Shown piece by piece: positions 50,577 to 61,316 of a stretch of 64,000 nt of DNA (position 1 is the first letter of the stretch; each line of letters opens with the position of its first letter). The DNA comes from an uncultured delta proteobacterium (GTDB lineage: Bacteria > Myxococcota > Myxococcia > Myxococcales > Anaeromyxobacteraceae): contig CAWJSR010000045.1 of NCBI GenBank assembly GCA_963845515.1, forward strand, positions 170,108 to 234,107, read 5' to 3'. The notes beneath the pieces are model-generated. The model worked only from the letters and a program-made list of their open reading frames with translations, searched no databases and had not been told where the DNA came from. The position numbers and the translations under genes were made by a program.

Positions 50577-51812
50577 GCGGCCTAGCTCGAGGCGGGGAGA
50601 CGTTGGGATTCGCGGGTGGGGAAACGGCATCCCCCGTTGCGCGGAATCTCTGGCTTCTCCATGGGGCGGTCGCCGCTCATTTCGCGGCCGGGCTCATGGG
50701 CACCACGATCGGCCCCGTCCTCTTCGTGACGATGACCGGTCGACCCGAGCTGGCGGGCGTCGCGCCCGCGACCTTCATCGTCGCGGGTGCAGTTGCAGCC
50801 CAGGTCGGCGGGTTCCTCATGGATCGCCTCGGCCGGATCCCGGTCCTCTTCGCGGGGTTCTTGGTGGGGGCACTAGGGTTTGCTGGTGCAGCGATCGCAA
50901 TCCGGCAGGATACCCCCGCCATCCTCGTTAGCAGCTTCGCCCTCCAGGGAGCTGCGACAGGGGTCGTCATGCTCGCGCGACTCGCCGCGGCGGACATGCG
51001 ACCACCCGAGCTTCAGCCCCGGGCCGTGGCCACCGTCCTGTCCGGGGCCATTCCCGGAGCGATCGCGGCCGCCGTAGTCTTCCCGCTGATGGACCGCATG
51101 GGCGCGTGGCCCTGGATCGTCGGGGCCTGCGTGATGCTCCTGGGCGCGCTCATCGTCCTTGGAGTTCGCCCGGAGCCGAAACTAATAGCCGAGGCGTTGG
51201 TCCGCGTTGGCGGCGGGCGACAGGCGCCGATGTGGCAGAGCCAGGTCGACACGCGCACGACTCCGGTAGGCGGCGAGATAGGGGCGACGTTGTTGGGGTG
51301 GCTCGGCTGTCACGCGCCCAAGATGGCGCTCGTTCCGTTGGCAGGAATGATCGCAATCCGCACGGGGCACTCGCCGCGCGATGCGTATCCGATGGTGGCC
51401 GCCCATATGGTGGGGATGTTCCTCTTCATTCTCTTCGTTGGGGAGATCGTGCAAAGAATGGGCTCTCTCCGAGCTTCTCCGCGTGGGGCTGGCGCTGACC
51501 ATCCTGAGCGTCGGGGCGCTCGGCCTTGCCCGATCGGTCTTCGCCCTCGCTGCGACCTACTTCGTCCTTGGCGTTGGGTGGAGCCTGGGAAACGTGGCAG
51601 CAACCGCGAACCTGGCACGGCTCGCAAGACCAGCCTCACGCGGGCGTCTTCTCGGTCTCGCAGACTTCGCGGGGAACGGCCTAGGCGCAGCGCTCGCGCT
51701 TGGCGCTGGCTACGCTCTCGCCAGCAGGAGCGTCGCAGCGGTTGCGCTCGGCGCGGCGACGCTCGCCACGGCGCTTGCCGCGGCTCACCTGAGCGCTAAG
51801 CAAGCTCTATGA
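50573..51812 (+). CDS. MFS exporter, frameshift near 51475
   Basis: MDRLGRIP motif A, RLAAAD, AHMVGMF, LGVGWS; about 12 TM segments. Confidence 0.85.
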
Positions 51813-52076
51813 CAGACCAGAACCCCGGGAAGACTCAAACGGACGTGGAAGTGGACGCGATGGGGCTGCGCTGCCCACTCCCGCTCCTTCGGCTCAAGGC
51901 GGCCCTGGCGAAGATGAGCGCGCACCAGGTGGTCCTAGTGCGTGCGAGCGACCCTCAGTTCCGTCGAGACGTCGAGGCGTTCACCAGACACGGGCGCGCA
52001 GAGATCATCTCTTCGGGCTGGGGCCCAGGCGCTCGCGTACTGGATCCGCAAGCTCGCCGACGATCCTCGGAGGTGA
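51809..52076 (+). CDS. TusA/SirA sulfurtransferase, frameshift near 52025
   Basis: VDAMGLRCPLP (CPxP), ASDP; alternate frame gives the YWIRK C-terminus and a stop at 52076. Confidence 0.85.
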
Positions 52077-52083
52077 GCACACG

Positions 52084-52602
52084 ATGGAATTCGTGACCAT
52101 AGCGTCGGGCCTCCACGATCAGGTTCTGCGGCGGTGCCGCGCATCCTATCCAAACCAGGAGAGGGGCGTGTTCGCGTCGGCGGGGAAGCAACTCTCCCCG
52201 ACGTCCTTCCATTTCTTCGAGTCCAACGCTGCGAGGTTGGAGGTCGAGAGCAAGCGGCTCTTCTCCCAGTATGGCCCCTACTACCAAGACCATAAGGGCT
52301 TCGTTGCCGATCCCGCCGAACTCATCGCGCTTGATCAGCGGCTCCGGTCCACGCGTGAGCGCATGGTGGGGCTCTTCCATGTCCACGTCGACTTCCCAGC
52401 GGTGCCGAGCCGCCTCGACGTCAACGCGTTCATGCGGACGATGCCGAGCCACGCGAACATCTGGTACGCGATCCTATCCTTCCTCGATCCGGAGAACCCG
52501 GATCTCCGCGCCTTCTGGATTCGGGAGGGGCTCGTGAACGAGGTGCGGATCGTCATCGTAAAGGAAGAGACAGGTGTTGCCCGGGAAGGAGCGCCAGCGT
52601 GA
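52084..52602 (+). CDS. JAMM/Mov34 metallopeptidase (Mec+-like)
   Basis: YPNQERG glutamate; HVH-VDFPAVP-S-RL-D matches HxHx7SxxD. Confidence 0.88.
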   Translation: MEFVTIASGLHDQVLRRCRASYPNQERGVFASAGKQLSPTSFHFFESNAARLEVESKRLFSQYGPYYQDHKGFVADPAELIALDQRLRSTRERMVGLFHVHVDFPAVPSRLDVNAFMRTMPSHANIWYAILSFLDPENPDLRAFWIREGLVNEVRIVIVKEETGVAREGAPA

Positions 52603-52871
52603 TCTCGGTCGAACCCATACTCAACCTCAGGGACCTCGTCCCCGACGGCGCCGCGCTCCGCTTCGAAGCGGTGCCGACGTTTGCGGACCTCCGGGGACGC
52701 CTCCGAACCGACTGCCCGGGACTGTACGAGGGCGTCTTTAACGGCGACGGAACGCTTCGGGACAGCGTGCTGCTGTTCGTCAACCAGGTGAACGTCGGCT
52801 CCGACGCGGACGCAATTCGGCTCTCGGATGGCGACACAATCGCGCTCGTCCCAGCCATCGTTGGCGGCTGA
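52599..52871 (+). CDS. MoaD/ThiS/CysO-like ubiquitin-fold sulfur carrier
   Basis: LFVN...LSDGDTIALVPAIVGG with a free C-terminal Gly-Gly. Confidence 0.92.
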   Translation: MISVEPILNLRDLVPDGAALRFEAVPTFADLRGRLRTDCPGLYEGVFNGDGTLRDSVLLFVNQVNVGSDADAIRLSDGDTIALVPAIVGG

Positions 52872-52892
52872 CGCGGCAGGAGGTGGCAACGC

Positions 52893-54144
52893 ATGTTGGA
52901 CGGCCAGTTCATTCGATACGAGAAGGACGAGCTCCATGTCGAGGGCGTGAGCGTGGCTGAGATCGCCGAGCGTGTGGGCACTCCATTCTATGTGTACAGC
53001 AGCGCCTCGTTCAGGAATCAGGTCTCCCGGATCGAGCGCGAGTTCGCAGGGGTGTCGCACCTCACCTGCTTCTCGCTCAAGGTCTGCCACAATGTGAGCG
53101 TCGTGCGCCTCTTCGTTGATCAAGGGTGCGGTCTCGACATCGTCTCGGGTGGAGAACTGTTCAGGGCGCTGCGCGCCGGTGCCGATCCGGGGCGAATAGT
53201 CTACTCGGGGGTGGGAAAGACGGAGCGCGAAGTCGCCGAGGCGCTCGACGCGGGCATCCTCTTCTTCAACGTCGAGTCCCTGCAGGAGTTGGATAGGCTC
53301 GACGCGGTTGCAGGGCGGGTGGGACGGCGGGCGCCGGTCTCGATTCGCGTGAACCCGAACGTCGATGCGAAGACGCATCCGTACATCACCACGGGACTGC
53401 GCGACAACAAGTTCGGGATTGACGCGAAACTCGTCCCCGAGGCGTACCGGATCGCGCGGCGGCTTCGCCACCTCGAGGTCGTCGGTATCGACTTTCACAT
53501 CGGCTCACAGCTTCTCGACGCGTCTCCATACGCGGACGCCGCCGCGAGGATCGCCGAGATGATCGAGGCGCTCCGCTCAGACGGGTGTCAGCTCCGCTAC
53601 GCGGACGTCGGCGGTGGCCTCGGGATCCGGTATCGCGAGTCGGATTCGGAGCCGCCAATCGGCGAGTACGCGCGAGCCCTGGTTGGGGCGCTGGGCGGGT
53701 TCCGGAACCTGACGATCGTCCTCGAGCCAGGACGGTTCTTGGCCGGTCCGGCCGGGGCCCTCGTCGGTTGCGTCCAATATGTGAAGCAGAACAGCGCCGG
53801 AAAGACGTTCGTCATCGTCGACACGGGCATGCACCACCTTATCCGGCCTCCGCTCTATGGCGGCCATCACGAGAATCGTGCCGGTCCGTCGCTCCGGGGC
53901 CGTGACGTCGAACGTCGACATCGTGGGGCCCATCTGCGAGAGCACTGACTTCCTGGCGAAGGAGCGCCCGATGGAGCCCGTGCGCCAGGGGGACCTCCTC
54001 GCGGTCCTGAACGCCGGGGCCTATGGAGCTGTGCTCGCGTCTCACTACAACTCGCATCCCATCGGCGCCGAGGTCCTCGTGGACGGCGCCCAGTTCAAGA
54101 CCATCCGAGAGCGCGAGTCGTACGAGGATTCTCGTGCGCAGTGA
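52893..54144 (+). CDS. Diaminopimelate decarboxylase-like PLP enzyme, frameshift near 53870
   Basis: GTPFYVY, DIVSGGE, NVES, KFG, HIGSQ, GGGLG, EPGR, GPICE, GAYG; several motif substitutions. Confidence 0.9.
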
Positions 54145-54153
54145 ACAGCTCGC

Positions 54154-55863
54154 ATGACCAGGCGCGCCCGCCACCGCTTCCTGCTCGTCAACTACAGCGG
54201 GTACGCGGAGTACATGGAGTACCTCTACATGGAGAACGGCCTAGCCTACCTGGCCGGTGTTCTCCAGCGTGACGGCCACGACTGCCACATTCTCGACTTC
54301 ATGACGCTGGGAATGGCGGAGCGCCTGTTCCCGATGGAATACAAGGCGGACATCGATCGGTTCAGGGACCGAGGGCTCGCCGACATCGTCGCAGGGCAAG
54401 GACTCGAGCGGGGGTTCCTGGATGAAGTCCGCGCGCTCGAGGCGCAGATCGGGGAACGCAACCGCCGGGTCGCGCGCTCCGTGGCTGCGGACGTCGTTCG
54501 GACCGTTCGCGAACGGGGAATCGAGTGTGTTGGCTTCAAGCTCTGGAGCCAGCCTTCACTCGGGGATGCGCTCTTCATCGCCGACGAGGTACGGCGGGCC
54601 TGTCCGGGCGTCCTCATCGTCGGCGGCGGACCTCACGTGGACTTCTTCATGGAGCGGGCCTGCTGGACCGCTCCGACGGCGTTCGACCTCTTCGTCTACG
54701 GCGACGGCGAGGTGGCAGTACGGAAGCTGCCCGCGTTGCTGGACGGCAAACTCCGGAAGGAAGACATTCCGAACGTCATCTTCCGCGGTCCGAGTGGTGT
54801 CGTGGTCAACCCTCCCGAGCGCGTGTCGAGACTGGAGGGCGGCATCGACCTCGCGTTCGACAGGGCGAGCTACCCTGCTGCCGAGCGGGACGACGAGAAG
54901 GTGAAACTCGTCCCGGTGGAGAACGCCCGGGGATGCAACTACCAGTGCGGGTTCTGCATCCACCCCGTGAAGAGCGGGCGGTACCGCGAGAAGTCGCCCG
55001 AGGAGTTCTTCGACGAACTGGTCCGGCTCAGGGAGCGTCACGGCTTCGTCAACTTCTACGCGGCCGGGTCCAACACGTCGCACAAGAACTGCACCGCCAA
55101 CCTGACGCTCGTCAACGAGCGTGGTGGCGGGTTCTTCCTGTCGTTCTTCCAGTCGGCTCGAGATTTCGACTTCAAGAGCGAGGGCCTGCTGCGCCAGTCC
55201 AACGTCGGCTTCTTCTGGATTGGCGTTGAGACCGGCTCCCAGACGCTGGCCCAGGAGTCGATCCGGAACAACAAGTCCGTCTCCCAGACGAAGGCCGTGT
55301 GTGCGCTGCTTCGCGAGATCGGAATCCGAACGTACACGAGCTACATCTTCCCGCTCCCTGGCGCGCCGAGCCACGCTGCCGACGAGACGCTCGGGGTCAT
55401 CGAGGAGCTGGGGTCAGAGTGGGTGGTGATCTACCCGCCGCTCGTGCAGCCCAGGACGCCATGGTTCCTCGGGGCGAACCCCCACGTACAGCTGGTGGAC
55501 AGGGAGGCATACCTGGACGCGAGCATGTTTGGGATCGAGGAAGTCGACAACAAGGTCCTTCCACGGGTCGTCACTGACGAGGCGCTCGCCGGATCGCTAC
55601 TCGTGAACGGGAAGCCATACCGCGAGGCGTACTACGAGTACTTGCGGTTCAAGCGCCGATACGAACCGGAGAACCCCTTCGTCTCCCACTGCTATTCGAA
55701 GCGAGGCGCCGCAGGGGAGACCCCGCGGGACCGGCTGTACGCAATGACGGACGAGATGACGCGGGCGGTGATGGGGGGTCTGACCCTTGGCCGCTTTGAG
55801 GAATCGCGCCCCGCCCTGCGTCGATACAACGAATTCTGTACCGGTGGGGGAATCACGTCGTGA
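54154..55863 (+). CDS. Cobalamin-dependent radical SAM enzyme
   Basis: GLAYLAG, VGGGPH, GDGE B12-binding domain; RGCNYQCGFC; IGVETGS. Confidence 0.9.
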   Translation: MTRRARHRFLLVNYSGYAEYMEYLYMENGLAYLAGVLQRDGHDCHILDFMTLGMAERLFPMEYKADIDRFRDRGLADIVAGQGLERGFLDEVRALEAQIGERNRRVARSVAADVVRTVRERGIECVGFKLWSQPSLGDALFIADEVRRACPGVLIVGGGPHVDFFMERACWTAPTAFDLFVYGDGEVAVRKLPALLDGKLRKEDIPNVIFRGPSGVVVNPPERVSRLEGGIDLAFDRASYPAAERDDEKVKLVPVENARGCNYQCGFCIHPVKSGRYREKSPEEFFDELVRLRERHGFVNFYAAGSNTSHKNCTANLTLVNERGGGFFLSFFQSARDFDFKSEGLLRQSNVGFFWIGVETGSQTLAQESIRNNKSVSQTKAVCALLREIGIRTYTSYIFPLPGAPSHAADETLGVIEELGSEWVVIYPPLVQPRTPWFLGANPHVQLVDREAYLDASMFGIEEVDNKVLPRVVTDEALAGSLLVNGKPYREAYYEYLRFKRRYEPENPFVSHCYSKRGAAGETPRDRLYAMTDEMTRAVMGGLTLGRFEESRPALRRYNEFCTGGGITS

Positions 55864-55879
55864 CAGGAGATGCGTCAAG

Positions 55880-56730
55880 ATGAGCGGGAAGATCAACTTC
55901 ATGAGCCCCGACTACGCGAAGATCGGGGAGCCCCTGAACCTGCTCGACGCCGGACAGAGCTGGTTCCGGGAGCAATACCGCGCTGTTGTGAAGGCTCCCG
56001 GCGACGCAGCGCTGGTCTTGGGCGCGACGCCGTGGCTCGGGCGCCTGTGCGGTGAGAATCACCGGGTGACGTACCACGTTGACAGAAGCCCGGCCATGTT
56101 GACCTTCTTGCGGCGGTCCCTGGACGCGCCCGGCGCCGTCCGGCCTGGAGCGGAGTTCGAACTGGTGCAGCGGGACTGGGTCGATCTGCCGCCCTCGCCT
56201 TCCCGGTACGACGTGGTCGTCGGAGACAACTCGCTGAACTTCCTGCCCTTCCCGGATGGGTGGCGTTTCCTCCTCTCGGCGCTTGCCGACCGGATGAAAC
56301 CGGGAGCGATCCTGGCCATGCGCGTATTCCAGCGCCCGATCGATCCTCGGGCGGCGACTCGACGAACGAACGAGGCTTGGCTGAAGGAGTGGTCGGCGCG
56401 AGCGGCGATCAACCCCACGGCGAATTCCGAGCGTCGATGATGTTCTCCTGGATCGATCCGATCACGTACGGAATCGATACCGAGGCCGTCGTTCGCCAGT
56501 ACGAGGAAGGCGAGCAGGTGTTCGCCCGACTGATGGAGCACCACGGCGCGGGGCCGGAAAACGATCTGGGGACGATCCGGAAGTACAAGGGGACGGACCT
56601 TGTCCTCTACGCGCCGCCTTTGGAACGGACCTTGGCCCTCGTGAGCGAGCGTTTCCGGGTCGAGCGCGTAGCGTACGGCGCCTATGCGATGGCCGAGTGC
56701 TTTCCGCTGGTCCTCGCAGAGCGGACATAG
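55880..56730 (+). CDS. Class I SAM-dependent methyltransferase-like protein, frameshift near 56340-56430
   Basis: LVLGATP, VDRSPAM, DWVDLP, YDVVVGD. Confidence 0.7.
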
Positions 56731-56736
56731 GCGGCC

Positions 56737-57837
56737 ATGGACTTCGAGACCGCGCTGGTTCACGCCGGTGCCGAGCACGAGACGGTCGAGCCCATCGCCT
56801 CGTCCATCTGCCTATCCAACACCTTCTGCCAGGACGACGCGGGCGGGTACGTCTACGGCCGCCGAGCCAATCCGGCCCGAGGCGCACTCGAGCGTGCTGT
56901 CGCTACGCTGGAGGGGGGAACGGAGACCATCTCGTACGCCTCCGGGTGTGCCGCGATCTTCGGGCTCTTCCTCGCTCTGGATCCGGGCGACCACGTCATC
57001 GCGTCCGATCGCGGGTTCTTCCTTACGCGACGGATGCTCGAGAACACCTTCGCCAGAATCGGCGGGGTCGATGTCACCTTCGTCGACACCCAGTCGCCAA
57101 CAGCAGTTCGTGCAGCGCTCCGCGAACGGACGCGACTGGTCTTCGTGGAGAGCATTGCCAATCCGCAACTGACGGTTGCGCCCATCTGGGAGCTCAGCGA
57201 GGTAGCGGCGGCCGGCGGGGCACTCCTGGTATGCGACAACACACTGGCGACGCCCGTCTACCTGCGCCCTCTGGAACTCGGGGCGAGTGTGACCCTTGCG
57301 TCCACGGCCAAGTACCTGGCAGGGCACTACGACGCGATGTGTGGCGTCACCACTTGGCGCGAACGTTCCGCGTTCACCGAGCGGGTGCGCCAAGCCCAGG
57401 GCGACTGGGGGGCGATACCGTCGCCCTTCGACTGCTGGCTCACCCTTCGCGGACTGAAGACGTTGTCGGTCCGGGTGCGGCAGCAGTCGGAGACCGCACT
57501 CAGAATCCTCTCCGTTCTTGGGAGGAACGACCAGGTGGCGCGGCTCGCATATCCGGGCTGGTCAACGGGCGATCCCGGCAGGCCGCGGCCAATGGGCGGC
57601 CTCGTCTCAGCCGTGATGCGCGGCGGAGAGCCCCAGGCTCGCGACGTCGTTCGAAGGGTCCGGCTCTTTCAGCGCGCGACGTCCTTCGGCGGTCCTGAGA
57701 GCCTTATCGACCACCGGGCGGCGACGGAGGGGGCAGGATCCGAGGTCTCCCCAGGGCTCGTCCGGCTGTCGGTTGGGCTCGAGAGTGCGGAGGATCTCAT
57801 CGCGGACCTCCAGCAGGCGATGGCAGGCGAGCAATGA
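56737..57837 (+). CDS. Trans-sulfuration (Cys/Met metabolism) PLP enzyme
   Basis: YVYGRRANP, ESIANP, DNT, STAKYLAGHYD, SFGGPES, RLSVGLE. Confidence 0.9.
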   Translation: MDFETALVHAGAEHETVEPIASSICLSNTFCQDDAGGYVYGRRANPARGALERAVATLEGGTETISYASGCAAIFGLFLALDPGDHVIASDRGFFLTRRMLENTFARIGGVDVTFVDTQSPTAVRAALRERTRLVFVESIANPQLTVAPIWELSEVAAAGGALLVCDNTLATPVYLRPLELGASVTLASTAKYLAGHYDAMCGVTTWRERSAFTERVRQAQGDWGAIPSPFDCWLTLRGLKTLSVRVRQQSETALRILSVLGRNDQVARLAYPGWSTGDPGRPRPMGGLVSAVMRGGEPQARDVVRRVRLFQRATSFGGPESLIDHRAATEGAGSEVSPGLVRLSVGLESAEDLIADLQQAMAGEQ

Positions 57838-58646
57838 CGGAGGCACCGGGAGCGTTTCAGGGCGAGGCCGCGTTGCAGGATCCGGATCTCGATGAGGTCG
57901 CACGGAGCTTCGTCGCCTTCGCGGGGGCAGCGCGCCCGCGGACGATGGTCATCGCGGGCCACTACAGCGTTGCTCCTGGGCTGGAAGAGGTCTCCTACGA
58001 TGGAGTCGTCGAGCAGCGCTGCTTCGAGCTGGGGATCCGGACCGTGATGAAGCAGCGCGCGCTCGGGACGCCGAGCCGCCTGCTCCTCTGGGTGAATGAC
58101 ATCGGAATCGACCCGAAGGCGCGTTCGCGGCTGAAGGCAGAATACCAGCTGCCAGCCCCCTACCGGCAGCTCGGAGAGGGACTGGGATTCGATCCGGGCC
58201 TCATAGACGTCCGGTTCGAGAGCACGATGCGAAACAAGGGATCGGTCTGGGTTCGAGAAAACGAGGAACGGCTCGGGGATCTCGTCTGGCGAACCGATGC
58301 GACACGTCCTGGGCTTGTGCGCTGCACGGGCGACACTGCCTGCTCCGTGGGGGATGGCGAGAAGAAGCAGGTCATCGCAACTCGCGGACCCTATGGAGAA
58401 GAACTGGTCCTGAAGGAGGGGAGCCATCCCAAGTGCTGTCTCATCCTAGGAATGCTTTTCCGCGAGACCGCGCGATCCCTCGGAGCCGAACGAATCATCA
58501 ACATCTTCAATGGCATCTATCTTTCACGGATCGACTACGGGGTGTTCGTCAGCCGGCGCCTCTTCGGAAACGCGGTCGCGATAGAGAACATGTTCCTGGA
58601 CGAGACGACCGTGCATCGGGGCCTGCCAAGGGAGGACGCTGCATGA
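57834..58646 (+). CDS. Hypothetical protein, possibly HUP/Rossmannoid fold
   Basis: ATGA-coupled on both sides; VIAGHY, LLWVND, FESTMRNK, PKCC. Confidence 0.7.
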   Translation: MTEAPGAFQGEAALQDPDLDEVARSFVAFAGAARPRTMVIAGHYSVAPGLEEVSYDGVVEQRCFELGIRTVMKQRALGTPSRLLLWVNDIGIDPKARSRLKAEYQLPAPYRQLGEGLGFDPGLIDVRFESTMRNKGSVWVRENEERLGDLVWRTDATRPGLVRCTGDTACSVGDGEKKQVIATRGPYGEELVLKEGSHPKCCLILGMLFRETARSLGAERIINIFNGIYLSRIDYGVFVSRRLFGNAVAIENMFLDETTVHRGLPREDAA

Positions 58647-60051
58647 ACGCGCCGCACACGGGTTCGACCTCGTTATCGCGAACATCGACTGGCTCGTGAC
58701 GATGGACTCATCGCGCCGGATCTTCCGCGACGCCGCGATCGGCATCCGTGATGGCAGGATCGTGGCGGTGGCGAGATCGGCGGAGGCCGCGGGTTGGACC
58801 GAAGCCCGCCGCATCAGCGGGAGAGGGATGGTCGTCACGCCCGGCCTCGTGGACGCGCACGTCCACACGACGTTCCAACTCGCGCGCGGCCTCGCCGACG
58901 ACGTTCCGGCGCGCCAGTTCCTGCTGGAGCGCATGTACCCCTACGAGGCGGCGCTGGAACCGGAGGACCTGAAGCTGAGCACTTGGCTTTGTGTGGCCGA
59001 GCTCGTCCGAAACGGCGTGACGACGTTCGTCGACGCAGGCAACTACTCCCCGGAGATCACCGCGCGTGTTGCCGGAGAGGCTGGGGTGCGCGCGGTGGTC
59101 GCGCGCTCCACATACGACAAGCGTGATTCCCAGTTCGGTCGTGTTCCGGAGGCGTTCGTAGACGATACGGCGCAGGCACTTGATGCGGCCGAAGACGTGG
59201 TGGCGACCTGGAACGGCGCGTACGATGGGCGAGTCCGCGCTTGGTTCCAGTTTCGAGGCCTGAACAACGCGACCGACGACCTGATTCGGGGGCTCTCGAA
59301 TCTCGCGGACCGATACCGAGTGGGAATCCAAACGCACGTTGCGTTCTCCCGGACGACGGTCGAGTCCTCGCAGCGGATGCACGGCGCCAGGGAGGTCGAG
59401 CGGCTCGCCAGGATCCAGGCGCTCGGACCACGGACGGTCTTGACGCACGCCGGCTGGATCACGGATGAGGAGATCGAACTCCTCGTCAGCCACGACACCA
59501 AGGTCGTTGCGGCGCCCAGTTCCAGCTTCCACAACGGCTACGGCAACATTGCGAACGGCCATGTGCCGGAGTTGCTGGAGCGTGGTGTGGCCGTTGGGGT
59601 GGGATCGGATCACGCGTCGTCCGGGATCGTCGACCTCCTCCAGGAGCTCTTCCTCCTGAGTTGCGGCTTCAAGGAGGCGCGGCTCGACCCGTCCGTGATG
59701 CCGGCGGAGCGGGCCTTGGAGGTCGGGACTATCACCGGCGCGCGGTGCGTGCTCCACGAAGAGGAGATCGGGAGCATCGAGCCGGGCAAGTGCGCGGATC
59801 TCGTCCTGTTCGACGCGCGCCGGCCCGAGTGGCAGCCGCTGTACAACCCGGTGTCGAACCTCGTCTACAGCGCGACCGGAAAGAGCGCACACACAGTCAT
59901 CGTGGGTGGCCGCGTCGTGGTCGAGGGCGGGAAACTGCTCACCGTTGACGAAGACGACCTCTATGACGCGATCGAGAGCCGGCGTGGCGCTCTTCTCGAC
60001 CGCGCAGGGCTTCGCGCAGCGGCGGCTCCGCGATGGCCCGTGATCTCGTGA
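58643..60051 (+). CDS. Amidohydrolase (MtaD/AtzA-like), frameshift near 58660
   Basis: PGLVDAHVH, GVTT, THV, THAGW, GSDH, GSIEPGKCADL. Confidence 0.9.
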
Positions 60052-60067
60052 GGCAAAGGAGAGGCCG

Positions 60068-61316
60068 ATGCATTTAGTACTGGTTCATCAAAAGACGAAC
60101 TTTCCGTTCATCTTCGACGACGCCGAGCGGCTCGGTGTCGAGCTGACGCTCGCACATGATCCGCGGGATCCTCCCCCGCCCCGCCTTCCCGCGGTCCGGC
60201 GGACGTTGCCGCTCTCGCTCGAGGACGAGAGGGCGGCCATCGAGGCGCTGAAGCAGTTCCGTCGGGAGCATGGCTTCGATGGACTGCTGACCCTCTGGGA
60301 GGGCGCCGTTCCGTTCGTCGCGCGGGCGGCGAGGGAGATGGGACTCGCCGGGATGGATCCGGCGGCGGCTGAACTCACTCGCGACAAGCTTGCCGTGTTG
60401 CGTACCCTTCGCGACGCCGGACTCAACCACCCGCGGTGGATCCGGTGGACGGTGGGCCAGCCGCTCGACGGGCTCCAGACCCTGACGCTGCCGGTGGTCA
60501 TCAAGCCGGCGGCCGGATTCGGGAGCATGGGAGTGGTGCGCGCCGACGACCAGGAGGAGTTGGAGCGCCGTCTGGAAGAGGTGGGCCGCATCTGCTCCGG
60601 GCGCCTCTCCCGATGGGCCCACGGGACGGACGTGATCATCGAGGAGTACGTCGACGGCCCCGAGTACGTCGCGGAGACCTACGCAGTGGACGGCAAGGTG
60701 CACGTCCTGTCCATCGGTTACAAGGGAGAGCCGCGCGGTCCCTACTTCGAGGAGAGCGTCTACGTGGCTCAAGCTGCGCTTCCGGGGCCGGTGGGGCGAG
60801 CGGTCCAGGAGCAGGTGGCGCGGGCGACGCTTGCGCTGGGAATTCGGAATGGCCCCACGCACACGGAGGCTCCGGCTCCGCGGCGGGACGGAGCCGTTCG
60901 TGCTCGACGTGGGGGCGAGGATGGGAGGATCCGGTGCCGTCGCGGATATGGTTCGCATGAGCACGGGCGTGGACTTCGCCCGCGTGGTGTTCAATGGGGC
61001 CGCAGGCCGGCTCACGGAGGCGGACCTCACGCCTCCCGAGGGGCGCCAGGCGGTCGCGGTCTTCTACATCGTCCCCGTGGGGAAGGGCGGGATCCTGGAA
61101 GCGATCGATGGGTTCGAGGAGGCGCGCCGCCTTACCGCGACCAGACGGCTGGTCCAGTTCACGCCGAAGGGCGGGCGCCTCACGCCGTACCCGGACTTCA
61201 GCGGCTACGCCGGCATGGTCTACGCGCGGCTCGACAGCCACGGCGAGGCGGATCGCTACCTGGAATGGGCGAAGGAGACGCTGCGGGCCCGCTACGCGCC
61301 CGAGGTGGCGCAGTGA
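60068..61316 (+). CDS. ATP-grasp L-amino-acid ligase-like enzyme, frameshift near 60868
   Basis: RDK..LR, PVVIKP..GFGSMGV, IEEYVDGPE, GPYFEE, GPTHTE, DVGARMGGSG. Confidence 0.88.
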
